Shown here: in pieces, positions 60,920-64,000 of the stretch | Layout of the letters: every line of letters starts with the position of its first letter | Numbering within the stretch: position 1 is the stretch's first letter | Source: Hemiscyllium ocellatum | Taxonomy: Eukaryota | DNA length: 64,000 nt | Reading direction: 5' to 3' | NCBI RefSeq assembly: GCF_020745735.1 | Contig: NC_083408.1 | Coordinates: forward strand, 92,038,484-92,102,483 | Translations under genes and position numbers: made by a program | Notes under the pieces: model-generated | Database searches by the model: none | What the model saw: the letters and a program-made list of their open reading frames with translations, nothing else | Told to the model about the DNA's origin: nothing

Positions 60920-61115
60920 TCAAAAACAGAAATTGCTGGAAAAATTCAGCAGGTCTGACTTCATCTCTGGAGAGAAAGCTAGGTTAACTTTTTGGGTCCA
61001 GTGACCTTTCTTCAGAGTAGTTCTGAAGAACAGATGCGACCAGTCTTAGTGAGCTTCCTGAGCAATTTGTTTTCATTTATGATTTCCAATATATGAAGTT
61101 CCTTGGTTTTTTTTT
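60920..61115. mobile_element. Fold-back PLE-terminal element (family C) with decayed hammerhead motif
   Basis: Minus strand CTGAAGA-A-AGGTC-ACTG-GACCC-AAAA near 60990-61015; central TTCTTCAGA/TCTGAAGAA inversion. Confidence 0.65.
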
Positions 61116-61139
61116 GCTTAACGACCTAAATAATAACCC

Positions 61140-61690
61140 AACAAGAACAACAGCGCCTCTTCTTCCTCAGATGGCTTGGGAAATTCAGCATGTCCATAAG
61201 GATCATCAATAACTTTTACAGATCCATCTTGGAGAACATTCTATCTTTATGCATAATAGCCTATTACGGCAACTGTTTTGCCCAGGACTGTTGGAAACTA
61301 CCGAAGGTTGCCTGCACAGGCCAGACCGTCATGGAAGACAACCTTCCATCCTTGGACTCCATTTACATTTCTCGTCCCAGAAAGACTGTCAAAATCATCA
61401 AAGACACCTCCCAGCCTGGTAGTGCTCTCCTACAACTTCTTCTGTCAGGCAGAAGATATAGAAGATTGAACATACTTACTGGTAGGTTCAAGAACAGTTT
61501 CCTGCTGTTATTCAATTGATGAATTGACTAACTTCAAATAATGTTGATCTTGTTATTGTTGATTTTTCTCCGCGCTCCTCCTGTGCAGTGTCACCTGTCT
61601 AAGCACCCTGTGATCTGCCTATTCTGCTCACAGACAAAGCGTTTCACCGGACTTAGGTACACATGACTACAATAAGTCAAATCAAGAATA
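61140..61690 (+). mobile_element. Rex1/Babar-like LINE 3' fragment
   Basis: QQRLFFLR..NFYRSILENILS.CIIAYYGNC...SGRRYR...RFKNSF. Confidence 0.78.
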
Positions 61691-62489
61691 CTTACTTTGG
61701 GTGTATATTAAATAAATGCGTTTACTGTTGGCTAATGAAGTGGTTTATGGACCAATTACTTCACGTAACTGTAAGTGGTTGTTGTATTGTAAATGATTGT
61801 TCACCACCTTGTTGGTTCTTTTTCAGCTAGTTTGAAGCCTCAGGAGGAGGACAGGTATTTCTGGAGAATTCAACAGTTGTGCTTACTGTGAACTTAGGCT
61901 CAGGAATGAGTCTGATGATAGATATGATTATGAGGAAAACAACTAATCAGTTGACCTGAGTTTATACCTGATTTCATAAGCTATGATTATAGTAATTGAA
62001 TATTCTTCTTGGCACTTCCTAATACATACACTCGCATGTACTCAATCCATAGAACAATCATTGTTTACAGCACAGTGAACGTCAATTAATCCATGTTTGA
62101 CCAATCCTTTTGAGAAAGCAATCCAAAACTAATCCGTGTTCTTCTGACCACCATGTATCTTCCTTTTGTGCTCTACCAAATGTCAATGTTTGAGAGTATC
62201 TTTGATTCTTATATGGAATCCATTTTGCTTCTACAGAGTACTTAAATTGAGAATTTAGTGGCTGAAGGAATTTAGGACATTGAAGGAATAGTTGCTGTTT
62301 TTTTCTCTACACTTGAAGTAGTTTAACCTAATCTTAAATTTATAACTTAATAAACAAATAAACTAACTAATAAACAAAATTGAAAATAACTATTGAATGA
62401 GGTTTTCATGTTTTGAAATATAGTAAGGTAAATAAATCATGATGGCATGGTGATGTATTGGGGATGCAATGGGTGGCAATTACGTTAGT

Positions 62490-63500
62490 TCTGTTGGAAC
62501 AGTGCTTGCTGAGGTTGTGAACATTAGTGGAAAAACAAATTGTGAGGAGGATATAGAACCTGCAAAGGGACATATTTGGACGAGCTTGTGGTGAAATGAG
62601 GTTGTCAACTGTAGTAAGAAGAGTAGAAAAGTAAAATCTTTCTTTAGTGCAGACAAAAATATAAAATGTTACACTTCAGAGGGATCTGTGTTCTCACACA
62701 CAACCATTGCATGCAATTAGGCAAATGGATGTTGGCCTTTATTGCAAGGGGAAAGTGGAATTTGAGAGGAGGGAAGTCTTGCTATAATGATACATGTTGG
62801 TAAAATCCATACTTAGAGCATATCATGCTATTTTGGTCTCCTTATTTAAGGAGGGGTACACACGTATTTCAGAGAAGATTCACATGGTTACTTTTTGGGA
62901 TAAAGTGATTATGGTTTGAGGAAAGCTTATGTCTGTAGTCATTGCCATTGAAAGAGAGTTGATCTTATCGGAACTTAAGATATTTAGGGAGCTTTATAAG
63001 ATAGATATTGGGGGCATCTAGAATTTAGGAGCATAGTTTCAGAATATAGGATCTTCTATTTTTGATAGAGATGAGGAGGAAGTTTTTTCTCAGAGGATTA
63101 TTAAACTTTTGAATACTCTTCAATGGAGTTTGGGCCATTGTAGAATTTAGGAGAAAGTGAGGACTGCAGATGCTGGAGATCAGAGCTGAAAATGTGTTGC
63201 TGGAAAAGCACAGAAGGTCAGGCAGCATCCAAAGAGCAGGAGAATGCTCATGCCCGAAACATCGATTCTCCTGCTCTTTGGATGCTGCCTGACCTGCTGT
63301 GCTTTTCCAGCAACACATTTTCACCATTGTAGAATTTAGCCTTGAGTATATTCAGCTTGTTGATCCACAGAGGGACTGTAGGTCTATGGGATACAGGCAG
63401 GAAAATGGAATTGTGGTCATGGTCAGATCTGTCATGACTGTACTAAATGGCAGAATAAGGTCCCAGACTTGAATTATCTGCACCTCTTTTTCTTATGTTG
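62490..63500 (+). mobile_element. Decayed CR1 LINE 3' part
   Basis: Similar to 35150-35960 (TTGGCCTTTATTGCAAGGGG, TTTTGGTCTCCTTATTTAAGG, GAGATGAGGAGGAA). Confidence 0.65.
63151..63323. mobile_element. Fold-back PLE-terminal mini-element (family A) with 16-bp TSD
   Basis: CCATTGTAGAATTTAG at 63135-63150 and 63324-63339; 36-nt tail then arms TGAAAATGTGTTGCTGG.. and ..CCAGCAACACATTTTCA. Confidence 0.9.
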
Positions 63501-64000
63501 ATGTTTTAGAATTTATTTTTCATAACTTTGTGTTCATTTCAGCCAAGTTTTGTTTCAAAAGTATTGTTTAATAGATTTCAGAATCTATTCATACCTATGT
63601 TAATACTACTTGGAGCAATAATGCAAATGTTTTGCACATTTGAAATTGCCAGATGTCAATTCCATTTTGTCTGATGGAGAACAAACTGTCCTGTTTACAC
63701 ATTGTGATAATGTGCCAACACCTAATTATTCTGTTACAAATCTCACTTATTTTTTCCCACCAAGATAAACTGCCCTCAATATTTCCCCATGTTTTACAAC
63801 TTGCATCTGTCTTTAGTTTCATGATTTATTCTTGGAGTTTTTGACATTCATCTTGCCTATGGGATCGCTAGTCATCTAACCCCTGTATTTATTAAACTAC
63901 TGACCACCCAACTTCCCTTTCTGATCTCCTGGTGTGAGATCCTATCTCCTCTATACAATACCTTACAATCGCTACACATTTTCATTTTTCTTTAAGAACC

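Noticed and set aside
61827-61854. Candidate PPP4R4 exon 3 (TTTCAG...CAG|GTATTT)
   Set aside because: Immediate TAG stop in the required phase and no similarity to the expected AGQDVQ.. continuation.

Overview
Vertebrate genomic DNA, most likely a cartilaginous fish (shark). This is inferred from the HE1/V-SINE, DeuSINE, CR1 and Penelope-like repeat families and from conserved synteny. Three protein-coding genes can be reconstructed with GT-AG introns and consistent phases. OTUB2 is on the + strand (6 coding exons, 3589-14410, 237 aa). DDX24 is on the - strand (8 coding exons, 28767-15686, 792 aa, plus a probable non-coding exon 1 near 39990-40050). The first two coding exons of PPP4R4 are on the + strand (45871-45963, 48146-48219) and the gene continues beyond the window. 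The order OTUB2-><-DDX24 / PPP4R4-> matches human 14q32, but no IFI27/ISG12 gene is visible between DDX24 and PPP4R4. The rest is dense with decayed mobile elements: CR1, Rex1, Tx1 and L2-like LINEs, Penelope-like elements (PLEs), SINEs, a pogo transposase fossil and a Tigger-like MITE. Most notable: (1) at least three families of tiny, often fold-back PLE-terminal insertions with 9-16 bp target duplications that carry minimal hammerhead-ribozyme motifs and break preferentially inside the ribozyme core; (2) a 40-bp-period array of 15 CCAAT boxes at the OTUB2 promoter; (3) a palindromic bidirectional poly(A) site between OTUB2 and DDX24; (4) an OTUB2 with an OTUB1-type His-Asp catalytic loop; (5) a G-rich 33-bp minisatellite just inside DDX24 intron 1. 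All calls were made by eye; homologue comparisons are from memory and no database searches were run.
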